This document shows, one piece after another, positions 10,619-21,167 of a stretch of 64,000 nucleotides of DNA. Source of the DNA: an uncultured virus (IMG/VR IMGVR_UViG_3300032299_001035) (lineage: Duplodnaviria > Heunggongvirae > Uroviricota > Caudoviricetes); IMG/VR virus record IMGVR_UViG_3300032299_001035; one strand, 5' to 3'. The notes under the pieces were generated by a model that did not search any database, was not told the origin of the DNA, and saw only the letters and a program-made list of their open reading frames with translations. The position numbers and the translations under genes are program-made. The number at the start of each line of letters is the position of its first letter. Position 1 is the stretch's first letter.

Positions 10619-11650
10619 CTATATAATTACTTGTTTTGTACAAAATTTATATGGTAAATAATACTTTTTATTTGTATAATGATAAACAGTAGGATCTAAA
10701 GCTTCTTCTTTAAATTTATCAAACCACAGTTTTAATGTTTCTTCTGATACTGGGAATGAATATGCTAATAAATTTTTATCAAGCACTATAAAATTAAACT
10801 TTAATTTATATCCTTGTTTTTCTATTAAATCACCATGTTTTAAAGATACTAATATACAATACATAACTGCTTGTAACCAGTAAGAATAATATTGGATACT
10901 TTCAGGAAAGTCTTTTAATTCTTTACTTGTTGTTTTTAAATCATTTATGCATATAGTTTTATTGTCATGATTAATAACTAAGTTATCAAGAATTCCTTTT
11001 AAACCAAATGGATGATTAATTAATTTTTCTCTTATTTCTATTTCATTAAATACTTCAATGTTATCAAATTCGGTAACATTTAACCCCATTAATTCAGAAA
11101 TTTCTGATGTATTTTTAATAATATTTACTGCTTTTGTACAATAATCATATGTTTCTTGATCAATTATTGTTTTATTTAATGAGTTAACTAAGAATGTCCA
11201 ATAATTAATAGTTTCTTTATTAATTATTTTTTCAATTCTTTGTACATCTGTTTTAAGAGATTGATGAAGATTCATATCTACTAATATATCTAATATAGCA
11301 TTTTCAAAATCTTCTAATTTATTTCTTTGATCACCTGTCTTTAATAGTTCTTTATAATGAACATATAGTCTATCAATAACTGTTTTAGAATTACCAACTG
11401 GTAAAGTATCAGGTGATATTTCATATTGATCTTTAAAATCATGTTCATTTAATAATAGTAAATGTATAAGTTTACCATTAGTTAATGCAGGTGATGTTTT
11501 TTCATCTTTTACTTTTATTACATACAGCTGATAAAATACTACGGGATTCCATAGTAATTTATTCATGCTACTGTATGAAAAATAAAAATATTCACTGTAA
11601 AACTTATCTTCTGCATTTTGTATGCTTTCATTTAATTCTTCTATTGTCAT
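10619..11650 (-). CDS. PD-(D/E)xK family exonuclease (RecE/Cas4-like)
   Basis: FSYSS; GKLIH; LKGILDNL...INDLKTT; YWLQAVMY. Confidence 0.85.
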   Translation of the reverse strand: MTIEELNESIQNAEDKFYSEYFYFSYSSMNKLLWNPVVFYQLYVIKVKDEKTSPALTNGKLIHLLLLNEHDFKDQYEISPDTLPVGNSKTVIDRLYVHYKELLKTGDQRNKLEDFENAILDILVDMNLHQSLKTDVQRIEKIINKETINYWTFLVNSLNKTIIDQETYDYCTKAVNIIKNTSEISELMGLNVTEFDNIEVFNEIEIREKLINHPFGLKGILDNLVINHDNKTICINDLKTTSKELKDFPESIQYYSYWLQAVMYCILVSLKHGDLIEKQGYKLKFNFIVLDKNLLAYSFPVSEETLKLWFDKFKEEALDPTVYHYTNKKYYLPYKFCTKQVII

Positions 11651-11916
11651 TTATTATATTTTTCTATTAACAATGTTAACTTTATTTTAGGAAATACTCC
11701 TGTAACTTTTTCTAATTCTTTATCATCTTTATCTAAAATAACAAGTGTTGGTACACCTGTTATTTTATACTTGCTAAACATATCTGGATCAGCTGAATGA
11801 TCATATGTAATATATTCTATATCATCATGTTCTTTCTTTATTATATCCATAATAGAATCTACTACTTTACATGGTTGACACCATGTTGCACCAAATTTAA
11901 CTATTTTTAATCCCAT
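11647..11916 (-). CDS. trxA: Thioredoxin
   Basis: FGATWCQPCK active site; GVPTL cis-Pro motif. Confidence 0.9.
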   Translation of the reverse strand: MGLKIVKFGATWCQPCKVVDSIMDIIKKEHDDIEYITYDHSADPDMFSKYKITGVPTLVILDKDDKELEKVTGVFPKIKLTLLIEKYNK

Positions 11917-12194
11917 ATGTTGTTTTCTTTTAAAAATTTTACAATTTTATCTACTGTATTTTTATCTGTACAAGTAGCTTCCAGGCTTTCTATAAACTGA
12001 ATTAATTGACTATTTGTTAATTCTTTCATCTTGATTAGTTTTAAATTCTAATAATATGTCATACATATCTTCTAAAGTAACATTTATTTTTTCTAAAACA
12101 ACTCCTAATTTTTCAATATTAGTTATTAGTTTAGGTATATCTGATGTAATGAGTTTTTTACCCATCATTGTTTCATGTAATTCTGCCATAAGTT

Positions 12195-12404
12195 TTATTT
12201 TTTTAGTTTAAAATTTTCATTATAAAATTTATCACTAACTATATCTTTTATATGTGACAAAGCTATTGCATTTCCTACTAATTTATTATTTTCTTTTGTA
12301 TAAACCTGCATAGCTTTAGGAAACCCATATGAACCTCCTTCAACTAATATATTCAGTACATTAGTAAAAAATTTTTCATTTTCTTTTATTTTATAATCTT
12401 CCAT
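12195..12404 (-). CDS. Hypothetical protein
   Basis: 69-aa ORF. Confidence 0.6.
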   Translation of the reverse strand: MEDYKIKENEKFFTNVLNILVEGGSYGFPKAMQVYTKENNKLVGNAIALSHIKDIVSDKFYNENFKLKK

Positions 12405-12579
12405 GTTAATCTATATTAAGTGTTAACTTATTTACAACCATCCATTGACAATTTGTTTCATTAAATCCTGTTTCAGATAAAAACTGTTCTGGATTACTCC
12501 ACATATTTTCATCATAGTTTTTAATGTATATTTCATTGTCTGAAAAATCTAAAATTATTATTTTTTTCATATTTATATT

Positions 12580-12939
12580 TTAACATTCTGCGTCAAATGA
12601 ACATTGACCTATTTCTTTAATACAATCTCTGATTTGTTTTCCTAAACCTAAATCAGCATAATCACGTAATTCATCTTTAGTAATTCCAATTTTTTCTATC
12701 ATTTCATCATTATATCCATTATTTTCTTCAAAAAATTTATCAAGTGTTGCTATTTTATCACCTAAAGTTTCTTCAATGTTTTTAATTTCATTTTCAACAC
12801 CTTCTAAATCTTCTTCTTGAAAATTATATACAATGTAATCTGGTTCATAACCCATTACACCAAATCTATCTGCTGCATCACTTGATTGTAATGCAAACCA
12901 AAATTTACCTTCTATGTCTCCGTTATAATATCTACCCAT
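12580..12939 (-). CDS. Conserved hypothetical phage protein
   Basis: MGRYYNGDIEGKFWFALQSS motif. Confidence 0.75.
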   Translation of the reverse strand: MGRYYNGDIEGKFWFALQSSDAADRFGVMGYEPDYIVYNFQEEDLEGVENEIKNIEETLGDKIATLDKFFEENNGYNDEMIEKIGITKDELRDYADLGLGKQIRDCIKEIGQCSFDAEC

Positions 12940-12950
12940 GTTTTTTAATT

Positions 12951-13382
12951 TTAATTGTTTTTATTTTTTCTTTCATTTTGTGTTTTAATATGGTGACATG
13001 AATTTTCACCATTAGCACATAATACTTGTAATCCTCCAGCTTCACAAAATAGTCTTTCAACAAATTCTGGAAGATCATTAGCACAGTTAAGTGCACCAGC
13101 AGGTATTATGTGATCAACTGCTATATCTTTATCTTTAAACCATTTTTTACAATAGTTACATTGAAATTCCCATTTTTGTCTTTTCAATGGTCCTACATAT
13201 GCTCTTCTAGCATTCTGTTTACATTCTGTAACAGGTTTCCACCATCTAGATTTTTGTCTTAATGCTGATCTTATAAATGACCAGAATGCTGATTCAGTTA
13301 ATGTACCAGAATTTCTAGTTTTAGGTGCAACACCTTTTCTTGTTTTTACAACTTTTGATTTTTTAGCTTTTGCCATTTTCAA
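12951..13382 (-). CDS. HNH endonuclease
   Basis: CNYC...VDHIIP...LQVLC...CHHIKT. Confidence 0.85.
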   Translation of the reverse strand: MKMAKAKKSKVVKTRKGVAPKTRNSGTLTESAFWSFIRSALRQKSRWWKPVTECKQNARRAYVGPLKRQKWEFQCNYCKKWFKDKDIAVDHIIPAGALNCANDLPEFVERLFCEAGGLQVLCANGENSCHHIKTQNERKNKNN

Positions 13383-14346
13383 ATGATTTATTTATTAGAG
13401 GAACAAAAGTATAAAATACTTTTTTAAAACCATAATCTTTTATACTATCACTTATATCTTTGCTTAAAGGTAATAAGAATATATTAAAATTATACAGTTC
13501 TTTATATTTCTTCATAGCTTTTATACCAGCTTCATCATTATCAAACATAACAGATATGTTTTTATATTTTTTCATTAACTCTGTTATAATTTCTTTAGAA
13601 ATCATTGTGTTTTCACTATCAGGAGCTATACAATCAAAATTTAATTTTAAACTTTTAATAGACATAACATCTTTTAAACTGCTGGTAATCAACAAGTTAT
13701 GATGATTTTCTAATTGGTCTAAACCTTGTATATAAGAATCCATTTTTAAAAATTTCTTATTACTTTTTGGTTGATATATTTTATATAAACTACCATCTTC
13801 TCTAAAATAACCATAACTGTATTCATTAGATATTGTAATACTTTCTAATACACCTTCATTATCTTTTTCTAGTGTATAATTTTCTAAAGGTTTTACATTA
13901 TACTTATTTAAGATGCTTGTACCAATATTATATCTTAACCAAAAATTAGCATCTAATTTATTCCAAGATCTAATTTTATAACTTCCTACTTTAAACTTAG
14001 AAAATTCTTTAACTTCAAGTTGTTTGTATTCTTTATTATTCTTTAAATAGTTTTTATAATCTTCTATAATTTTATTAGCTGCCGGTACATAAGAAAGTTT
14101 AAATAATTCCATTACCAAATTAATAGCACTACCAGATTTACCAGTGGAAAAATCTTTATATTTATATAATTTTTGAGTATTATCAAAATATATACACATA
14201 CTAGGTGTTTTATCATTAGGATTAAACAAACTTTTTATTTTTTCAGTTTGGCCAATTAAAGAATTATTTAAATTACAATAATTTTCAAAAATCCATGTTA
14301 CAGGTACTTCTTTATAATCAATAATTACATTTTTTGTAGTAAGCAT
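13363..14346 (-). CDS. dnaG: DnaG-like DNA primase (Toprim)
   Basis: DKTPSM/YKDFSTG N-terminal domain; SSLKDVM; FDNDEAG; KDISD. Confidence 0.85.
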   Translation of the reverse strand: MLTTKNVIIDYKEVPVTWIFENYCNLNNSLIGQTEKIKSLFNPNDKTPSMCIYFDNTQKLYKYKDFSTGKSGSAINLVMELFKLSYVPAANKIIEDYKNYLKNNKEYKQLEVKEFSKFKVGSYKIRSWNKLDANFWLRYNIGTSILNKYNVKPLENYTLEKDNEGVLESITISNEYSYGYFREDGSLYKIYQPKSNKKFLKMDSYIQGLDQLENHHNLLITSSLKDVMSIKSLKLNFDCIAPDSENTMISKEIITELMKKYKNISVMFDNDEAGIKAMKKYKELYNFNIFLLPLSKDISDSIKDYGFKKVFYTFVPLINKSFENGKS

Positions 14347-14367
14347 ATTAGTATTAGGTATAAAATA

Positions 14368-14395
14368 AAAAGGAGCAATTTAGCTCCTTTTTATT
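14368..14395 (-). terminator. Intrinsic terminator
   Basis: aaaggagc-aattta-gctcctttt hairpin. Confidence 0.7.
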
Positions 14396-14414
14396 TATAA
14401 GTAAAATTTAAATA

Positions 14415-15071
14415 TTAAAACATATCAAAATCACTACCATTTGATTGTGGTTCAAATGATTCTACTGATTCTGCTTGTTTTTTAACTTCTCCAACAATAT
14501 GTTTGCTTTCATTGAATGTTAACACTGTATCTTCAGAATTAGAAATTGCATATTTTTTGTTATCCATTTTTGGTAAAAAACAGTCATATGCTACATAACC
14601 TTCTTTATTTGTATATGCTTTACCACCAACACAGAAGTTTAAATATGTATCATTACAAACTACTCTTTTTGCATTTTCTACAAATTCTTCAATAGTATCT
14701 GCATTAACTTCATCTAAAGCATCTATTGTATTTTGACAAATAGCAATAGTTTTTAAGAATTTTAAGATGTTATCATCTCTATCTACTTTATTACCACTAG
14801 GTAATACTTTTGTTTCATATGCATATTGAGAACTTCTAATTCTTCCCACTTGACCTTGGTGTCTACCTTTTGATTGGTTTGTAGGATCAATAAAGAAACC
14901 TTCAAAATTTTCTATAGGTTCTGTTTCAACCATAAGAACTAAATAATAACTTTCTGGATTATAACCTGGTTTTAAAGCTAAGTCATAAATCTTACCTACT
15001 GTGTTTCCTGGAGTAATTGCTTTGTTTAATTTTGATTCTCCTGTTTTAATGTTTTTTGTGCTTAATGCCAT
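14415..15071 (-). CDS. Putative single-stranded DNA-binding protein
   Basis: Lies between AAA ATPase and primase; acidic/aromatic C-terminal tail GSDFDMF. Confidence 0.65.
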   Translation of the reverse strand: MALSTKNIKTGESKLNKAITPGNTVGKIYDLALKPGYNPESYYLVLMVETEPIENFEGFFIDPTNQSKGRHQGQVGRIRSSQYAYETKVLPSGNKVDRDDNILKFLKTIAICQNTIDALDEVNADTIEEFVENAKRVVCNDTYLNFCVGGKAYTNKEGYVAYDCFLPKMDNKKYAISNSEDTVLTFNESKHIVGEVKKQAESVESFEPQSNGSDFDMF

Positions 15072-15096
15072 TTTTTTAAATTTTTGTTGTTAATAA

Positions 15097-15780
15097 TTAA
15101 TTTTCGTAGTTTATTATTGCTTCTTTTACAAAGTTTAAATCATTTGGAATTGTTGGAGTTTCAAACATACCTTTAGGGGATTTGCATGTATTGTCTCCTG
15201 AATTCTGTGTTTCAAATATATACGTTATGTTACCGTCTTTATCTTTTTTTACTTTTGAAAATAGTACTATGGTAAATAAACCCTCTAAAGTTAATTTATC
15301 ATCTACTAATTTTCCAATTGTTTTTGCTTTAAATCTTTTTCTGTTTTCAATATCTACACCTTCTTCCATATGATTCATAAAGAAGATTAATAAATCATCT
15401 CTTAAAATCATAGGTAACTTAGATAACCTAGTTAATGTAGCCCCTATTTGTGTAAATTTTTCATATCCTTTTTCATCAGATCTTTCAAAAAATTCAAAAG
15501 ATGAAATATATTGAAAGTCATCAATGATGATATTCTTTATTTCTGGTCTTTTTTCAGAAACATATTTTAAACATGCTTCTATACTTTTAGAATTAGCTGA
15601 CTTAAACATATTACCTGTTGGATTATCTTTAGTCCATTCCACATAATTTTTTTTCCATCCTTTAAATGATAAAGGTTTTGATGCAACATTTATTATAAAT
15701 GTTTCTTTTGGATTTAATAATTCAATACTAGTTGATTTACCTGAACCTGATTCTCCTACAATTAATACTCCTTGTGCCAT
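15097..15780 (-). CDS. AAA_24/Sak4-like recombination ATPase
   Basis: GESGSGKST; IIIDDFQY; KTIGKL.D; LEGLF; KSPKGMF. Confidence 0.85.
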   Translation of the reverse strand: MAQGVLIVGESGSGKSTSIELLNPKETFIINVASKPLSFKGWKKNYVEWTKDNPTGNMFKSANSKSIEACLKYVSEKRPEIKNIIIDDFQYISSFEFFERSDEKGYEKFTQIGATLTRLSKLPMILRDDLLIFFMNHMEEGVDIENRKRFKAKTIGKLVDDKLTLEGLFTIVLFSKVKKDKDGNITYIFETQNSGDNTCKSPKGMFETPTIPNDLNFVKEAIINYEN

Positions 15781-15781
15781 T

Positions 15782-16405
15782 TTATATTTTATTTACTTGT
15801 TTAATTAAATTATTAAGCCATTTTTTATTAGAAACTGGCAATTTCCATTGTATAGCTGCATGATCCCTAATTGTTAATTTAGCCATCAATGCATCTGTTT
15901 CTTCTTGGTCATCATAAGTTTCTTCAAAAACCAAAGGTTCTGAAATAACCGGTTGCTGTTTAACCTGTAAAGAATTTATAGTTTTGGTATTTGTTTGTAA
16001 TAGACTGTTTAAATCTATTTTTTCAAAGTCTTGTAAAGGTACAAAATATCTGAAATATTCCCCAAAATTTCCTACTTCTTTTTTTCCAAAATATTCGTTA
16101 ATACATTCTGGACTACCTCTAAATCTGTACAAACTTCTATTAGAATCTTTTGGTGTATAATCTTCATTAACTAATTCTATATAAAAATAAGGTTCAGATA
16201 TTTCTTTTTTAAACAAAGAAATATGAGGTTCATCACTCCACATAAAACTTACTTTAGGATAAAACTGTGTTGCTTGTTCTATGTCAAGTAATTCAAAAGC
16301 TGGTTCATGATAATTAATAATATCATCTATTAATTTTTTTCTATCAACTGCTGTTAATTTTTTTGTTGTAATCATTTCTGTATTTTTTGTTGTTAATTTT
16401 GCCAT
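15782..16405 (-). CDS. Hypothetical replication-region protein
   Basis: 207-aa ORF; C-terminal LTIRDHAAI..KLPVS.K.WLN. Confidence 0.75.
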   Translation of the reverse strand: MAKLTTKNTEMITTKKLTAVDRKKLIDDIINYHEPAFELLDIEQATQFYPKVSFMWSDEPHISLFKKEISEPYFYIELVNEDYTPKDSNRSLYRFRGSPECINEYFGKKEVGNFGEYFRYFVPLQDFEKIDLNSLLQTNTKTINSLQVKQQPVISEPLVFEETYDDQEETDALMAKLTIRDHAAIQWKLPVSNKKWLNNLIKQVNKI

Positions 16406-17388
16406 TATGGTATCTTTTTAAATTGTATTTTATTTTTAATTGGTGTTACTGCTTCTTTAATTTCAAAATATTTTAAATCTTGTTCAAAGAATAACATACA
16501 TTGTTCTCCAAATCTGTTCTTAATAAGATGGAATACTATCATACCATCTTCAACTTTAATTTTTTCAGGACCATATTCTGTAATTCCCATTAAATCTGGT
16601 CTATTGATTAGTACAACAGCATCAGCATTTTGCATTAAAGCATCTGCTGCAAATAAATCTGATGATGTAGGATAGTTACCAACTGTACCTGAAATTCTTC
16701 TAGTATGATCTTCTATAGTTCTATTCATTTGTGATAAAACTATATACATACTGTCTGGTATTTTCTTCTTTAAATAAACCATTTCTGAAGATAGATTATA
16801 TAATGTTTCCATTTGACTTGTTTCATCCATACCTTTTTTTACTAACACAGAATGATCTATTGTTATTATTATAGGTTTTTTTACATGTGCATAAAACTTT
16901 AAAACTTCTTTAGTAAAGTCTTTAGCTGTCAATGGTTCTGTTACATAATATATCTGATCATTTATTCTTTTAGTATAAAATTGTTCTATTCTACTTAAAT
17001 CAGCATTATTTAACTTATCTGTAGGATGTGCACTAAATAACTTTTTCATATCCATATCTAATGGCTTAGTAAGTTCCCTAGCACCTATTACCCTGTCACC
17101 CATCTCAAATTGAAAATTTAATACACAAAAGTCTTGACCTGGATTATTTAAATGGGCCTGGTTAATTATTTGAGATACAACACTTGTCTTACCAGAACCC
17201 GGCCTACCACCTATAATATATACACTACCCCATTCTAAACCATCCATTAATACATTATTTAATTTAGCCCATGGACTTCTTATTGATTTAATAAATCCTA
17301 ACCTTCTTTTCTTAATGTAACTTAAAGTTTCATTTCTAATATCAGATATATGTCTCCATTTTTTAGCATTTTGTTCTATACTCATCAT
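16405..17388 (-). CDS. dnaB: DnaB-like replicative helicase
   Basis: GGRPGSGKT; FQFEM; IDH; LSQMNR; SDL; KNRFG. Confidence 0.9.
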   Translation of the reverse strand: MMSIEQNAKKWRHISDIRNETLSYIKKRRLGFIKSIRSPWAKLNNVLMDGLEWGSVYIIGGRPGSGKTSVVSQIINQAHLNNPGQDFCVLNFQFEMGDRVIGARELTKPLDMDMKKLFSAHPTDKLNNADLSRIEQFYTKRINDQIYYVTEPLTAKDFTKEVLKFYAHVKKPIIITIDHSVLVKKGMDETSQMETLYNLSSEMVYLKKKIPDSMYIVLSQMNRTIEDHTRRISGTVGNYPTSSDLFAADALMQNADAVVLINRPDLMGITEYGPEKIKVEDGMIVFHLIKNRFGEQCMLFFEQDLKYFEIKEAVTPIKNKIQFKKIP

Positions 17389-17957
17389 TAATATATTTTA
17401 TACATATTTACATCTGCTTTTTCTTGTATATCTTCTCCTTCTTCAATTCTTTCATAATATTCTAGTATAGGGTAGGTATTTATACCATTTCTTTGAACCA
17501 TTATAAAATTAGAAGCTTTGTATATATATTTCTCATCTCTTTCTTCAGAAAAATATAACTGGGTGCCTTTTAGTAAAATATCCCATGTTATTTGAGGATT
17601 TTCATAAAATAGTTTGGCAAACTTAACTTTTACTTCAGCAGGTGTAGACTTTTTATTTTTAGGAAATAAACTTCTATACTGTGTTATTTTTGTTAAATAA
17701 TCAACCCCCATTAAATCTATTACATTCTTGCCTTGTGTTTTTTTAAATAATGTAGCTACACTATCTAACATAATCTCACTTTTTTCAGTAAGTTTTAAAT
17801 TATTTGTTAAAAAACCTGCTGCTTTTAGCATAGATATGTCTAAATCTATATTATTTATTAGCACTGTTCTAATATTATTCTTAAAACAATGCAATATATA
17901 ATGTTGATTTGGAGACAACTGATTTTTTAATAAAAAGTTATAATAATTAATTTCCAT
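17388..17957 (-). CDS. Putative replication initiator/helicase loader
   Basis: Translationally coupled upstream of DnaB; winged-helix-like N-terminus. Confidence 0.5.
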   Translation of the reverse strand: MEINYYNFLLKNQLSPNQHYILHCFKNNIRTVLINNIDLDISMLKAAGFLTNNLKLTEKSEIMLDSVATLFKKTQGKNVIDLMGVDYLTKITQYRSLFPKNKKSTPAEVKVKFAKLFYENPQITWDILLKGTQLYFSEERDEKYIYKASNFIMVQRNGINTYPILEYYERIEEGEDIQEKADVNMYKIY

Positions 17958-18384
17958 TTATATATCTTTTTTTAATCATTTTTTTAACTTTTTCATTATT
18001 TGCAATAAATGCATCATCATAAGATATTAATTTATCATACATTTTTAATGCATTATATATATTTGTTCTATCAAATTTTAAATAAGAAGCAATTTCACCA
18101 TGATTATATTCATTTAAGTTTGCATGGTAACAAAATATAGCTCTTAAATCTATTAATTCTCTTCTTCTTAACCTTGCTGTAATAGATTTTACTTCAGGAT
18201 AATCTCTTGTTAAACTTGTAGGAATAAGAGTATTAATCATACTTTCTAAATCTTCTAGCTTTAATTTAGTATAAGCTACTTTTTTACTAAATTTAATTGA
18301 TGGAATGTCATTTGTTAGTTCTACAAATTTTTGTTTAAAATTGTTAATCAATTTAATTAATTGGCTTTCTTTTTCTTTTGTCAT
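17947..18384 (-). CDS. DnaA C-terminal (domain IV)-like HTH protein
   Basis: RRRELIDLRAIFCY...IASYLKFDRTNIYNAL resembles the R..v.aR.i.my...iG..f.RDHtTV signature. Confidence 0.6.
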   Translation of the reverse strand: MTKEKESQLIKLINNFKQKFVELTNDIPSIKFSKKVAYTKLKLEDLESMINTLIPTSLTRDYPEVKSITARLRRRELIDLRAIFCYHANLNEYNHGEIASYLKFDRTNIYNALKMYDKLISYDDAFIANNEKVKKMIKKRYINGN

Positions 18385-18391
18385 GTTGTTT

Positions 18392-18937
18392 TTATTTAAA
18401 GTAATTGTAATAATTATGTATATCTTCTTCTATGTCATCAGGTAATTCTTCACCTATAAAAATTTCATAAAATTCTATAGCTAAATATTTAGCCCTTCCT
18501 ACAGTCATTTCATTTTTGAATATAATATCATAACGGGATGTAAAAAAATCAGATACTTCATTTTCAGATATTGGTAGATCATGTCTTTTAAAAAATTCAA
18601 TACAAGCCATTTTAGCTTCTATATTGCTAATCATTTCATTATCATTAACTTGTATATCTTCATTTTCCCATGGTTTTTCTGTAATTAAATAACCATATCT
18701 GTTAACATAATGATAACCAGGTATAATCCAAGTTTCTTCATTTTCACCATCAATAATAGTCCATACAAACTTTTTGCTTTCTTCATTGTTGGATAAATTT
18801 ACTATATATTCTAATTCTTTTCCATGTGTTTCAAACATGCAACCATTATATGAAGCATCATCATCTATATGATTTTTTACTACATTATAATCATGTGCAA
18901 ATTCTTCCCAATTTATTGTTTTAACTTCTTGCAACAT
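18392..18937 (-). CDS. Hypothetical protein
   Basis: FETHG.E; VWTI.DG; GYHYVNRYGYLITEKPW. Confidence 0.75.
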   Translation of the reverse strand: MLQEVKTINWEEFAHDYNVVKNHIDDDASYNGCMFETHGKELEYIVNLSNNEESKKFVWTIIDGENEETWIIPGYHYVNRYGYLITEKPWENEDIQVNDNEMISNIEAKMACIEFFKRHDLPISENEVSDFFTSRYDIIFKNEMTVGRAKYLAIEFYEIFIGEELPDDIEEDIHNYYNYFK

Positions 18938-19124
18938 ATAATCCTTTTTCTTTTAAATATTGTACAATCATATCTATACATTCACCATCACTTAAATTAT
19001 CTCCATCTTGATTAATAATATCAGATAGGTCTCTACCTATATCATCTAACATTTTTTCAATAACTACAGAAGCTGTATTATCAGCCATTAAATCTATTTG
19101 TTCTTTTTTGTATTCTTTGTTCAT
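18921..19124 (-). CDS. Hypothetical protein
   Basis: 67-aa ORF. Confidence 0.65.
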   Translation of the reverse strand: MNKEYKKEQIDLMADNTASVVIEKMLDDIGRDLSDIINQDGDNLSDGECIDMIVQYLKEKGLYVARS

Positions 19125-19137
19125 GTTATATTATTTT

Positions 19138-20349
19138 TTAAAAGTATAAAAATTCTTTTTTTTCTATATTTCTGTTAATAAAATTAGAAAATCTATAATC
19201 CCATTGGTCTTTTTTACGTTGAAACATTCTTTCATTTATACCATTTGGTGATTGTATTAGTTTACCAAAATACATATCTTGTATTGATGAAAAAATACCT
19301 ACAGGTTGTTCATCTGACTTTACAGTATATATATAAAAATCAACAGGTATGTTATATTGAGAAAGATTATCTATTTCTTCTTCAGTTAAATTAGAACCAT
19401 CTTCTTTAGTATAAAAAGATTCTGTTGCAAGATTATGTTTAATGTTTGCAACAAATTCACCTTTAGGATTAATTAAAGTGTATTCTTTTAACCAATTTTT
19501 ATTATCTCTAATTAAATTTTTAAAAGTATATCCTAAACCAGGTACTAAATAAGAATAAAATTTAGTTTTTTTCTGAAAATTAATTAAACCATCATGTATT
19601 TGTACAGCATTCATACTTAACATGCTAGCATTTATTCTTTCATATTCTTCAATATTATCAACAATAAAATCTAAATCATTAACAGGTGCTTTAGAATATC
19701 TGTAAACAGTTTCACCTTGACCTGCAATAGCTAAACTACCGGTAAGTTTATAGTTATAATTTTTACCTGTAAATTTATTTATTATATCTTCAGCTAATTT
19801 ATTTTTTGAAACAGCTTCTTCATAATTTAACCTTCTTATTTTATAAACATTAGGATCAATAAAATCTTGATTTTCATTTAATATATTAATTGCAATTACA
19901 TTAGCAACATCTTTAATAATATTATTTTCTTTTTTTATTCTATGTTCCCAGTTTTCAATTAAACATTCTGCAATAAGCTTACCTATAGCTTCTATTTTAA
20001 CTTGTTTTTCATTATTATAAATTGGCATATACTCATCATAAACAGATTTATATCCTGACCAATCTTTAATATTGTTTATTAAATCATTTATTAATGTATT
20101 TTCTTGACCCATTAACATTACAACTATATGAGAAACTTCTTCTGATATTGTATCCAGTTTTTTGTTTGTAGAATAGTATATAATTTTATTAAGAGCATCT
20201 GTAACAGCTAAAGCATTAATTCCAAATCTTTCTTTAAAATTATCTATTTCTTTTACCTGAACACCATAAAGAGATACAAACTTTAAAAGTTTAGTATCTA
20301 ATTTATTATCAGCTTCTTTTATTTCTTGAGATGTAATTTGATATTTCAT
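19138..20349 (-). CDS. Zincin-like (EExxH) domain fused to a Pol-beta-type nucleotidyltransferase-like domain
   Basis: N-terminus aligns by eye with the EExxH domain of the giant protein; LTGSLAI...NDLDFIV (GS..DxD) and downstream VDF. Confidence 0.65.
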   Translation of the reverse strand: MKYQITSQEIKEADNKLDTKLLKFVSLYGVQVKEIDNFKERFGINALAVTDALNKIIYYSTNKKLDTISEEVSHIVVMLMGQENTLINDLINNIKDWSGYKSVYDEYMPIYNNEKQVKIEAIGKLIAECLIENWEHRIKKENNIIKDVANVIAINILNENQDFIDPNVYKIRRLNYEEAVSKNKLAEDIINKFTGKNYNYKLTGSLAIAGQGETVYRYSKAPVNDLDFIVDNIEEYERINASMLSMNAVQIHDGLINFQKKTKFYSYLVPGLGYTFKNLIRDNKNWLKEYTLINPKGEFVANIKHNLATESFYTKEDGSNLTEEEIDNLSQYNIPVDFYIYTVKSDEQPVGIFSSIQDMYFGKLIQSPNGINERMFQRKKDQWDYRFSNFINRNIEKKEFLYF

Positions 20350-20527
20350 TTTAAATTTTTATATTTCATTATCATCATATATTTCAACCATTTTTTCACA
20401 ATCTGCACACCAGTTTTGGTCACTATCATCATCAACTATATCTTGTATCTTAAATGTATTAAGGTTAACCCAATACTTACTTTCTACATTTTTAGAATTG
20501 CATTTTGTACATTTATATGCCATAATT

Positions 20528-20719
20528 TTATTTTTTAACTATATTTTTTAATTGATTTAATATTTCTTTTTGAGTTTCACCCCAAAACATATCACATTTA
20601 CCATCTTTTATAGGAGGATCTACAAAATAAGATTGATGAAGGTCATTAGATTTAGCTGTAAATCTGTAACAGTTTTCTTTTAAAGGGCAATCTGTACCCT
20701 TACACATGGTTATATCCAT
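20528..20719 (-). CDS. Small Cys-rich phage protein
   Basis: MDITMC.G..CPLK..CYR...QSYF. Confidence 0.7.
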   Translation of the reverse strand: MDITMCKGTDCPLKENCYRFTAKSNDLHQSYFVDPPIKDGKCDMFWGETQKEILNQLKNIVKK

Positions 20720-20792
20720 TTTATTTATTTTATTTTGTCTTTATGTGTCATATAATATACTTTTTAGTTGTTTTTGTGTTTTATATAACACA

Positions 20793-20990
20793 TTATAACT
20801 TTTTTATTTCCCCTGTTTGAGTTTTTTTATTAAAAAATACATTTTCACTGGGTATTATTTTTACCTCACTTATTAATATTTTACATGGCTCGTACATATA
20901 CCATATATGTTCTTTATCTGTTTCGTGAATCATTCCTACTTCACAATATTTAGGATTCATTCCTTTTGGTTGAAAATATACTACGTTCAT
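20793..20990 (-). CDS. Hypothetical protein (probable start MNVVYFQ)
   Basis: ATG overlapping the stop of the upstream ORF. Confidence 0.55.
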   Translation of the reverse strand: MNVVYFQPKGMNPKYCEVGMIHETDKEHIWYMYEPCKILISEVKIIPSENVFFNKKTQTGEIKKL

Positions 20991-21166
20991 AATTTTTCTA
21001 TATTTATTGGTATTATTGATATAAGTAAATTTAAAAACATAAGAAATATAAACCCAAGTCTCATATCCATTTTCCATATTTCAGGGTTTAATTCCCAATT
21101 TAAAAATGAAAATGAAAAGTAAATAAATATTGTTAAAAATATAAATAATGCTATTGCTTTCTTCAT
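20987..21166 (-). CDS. Small two-TM membrane protein
   Basis: Two hydrophobic segments around WELNPEIW. Confidence 0.6.
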   Translation of the reverse strand: MKKAIALFIFLTIFIYFSFSFLNWELNPEIWKMDMRLGFIFLMFLNLLISIIPINIEKL

Positions 21167-21167
21167 A

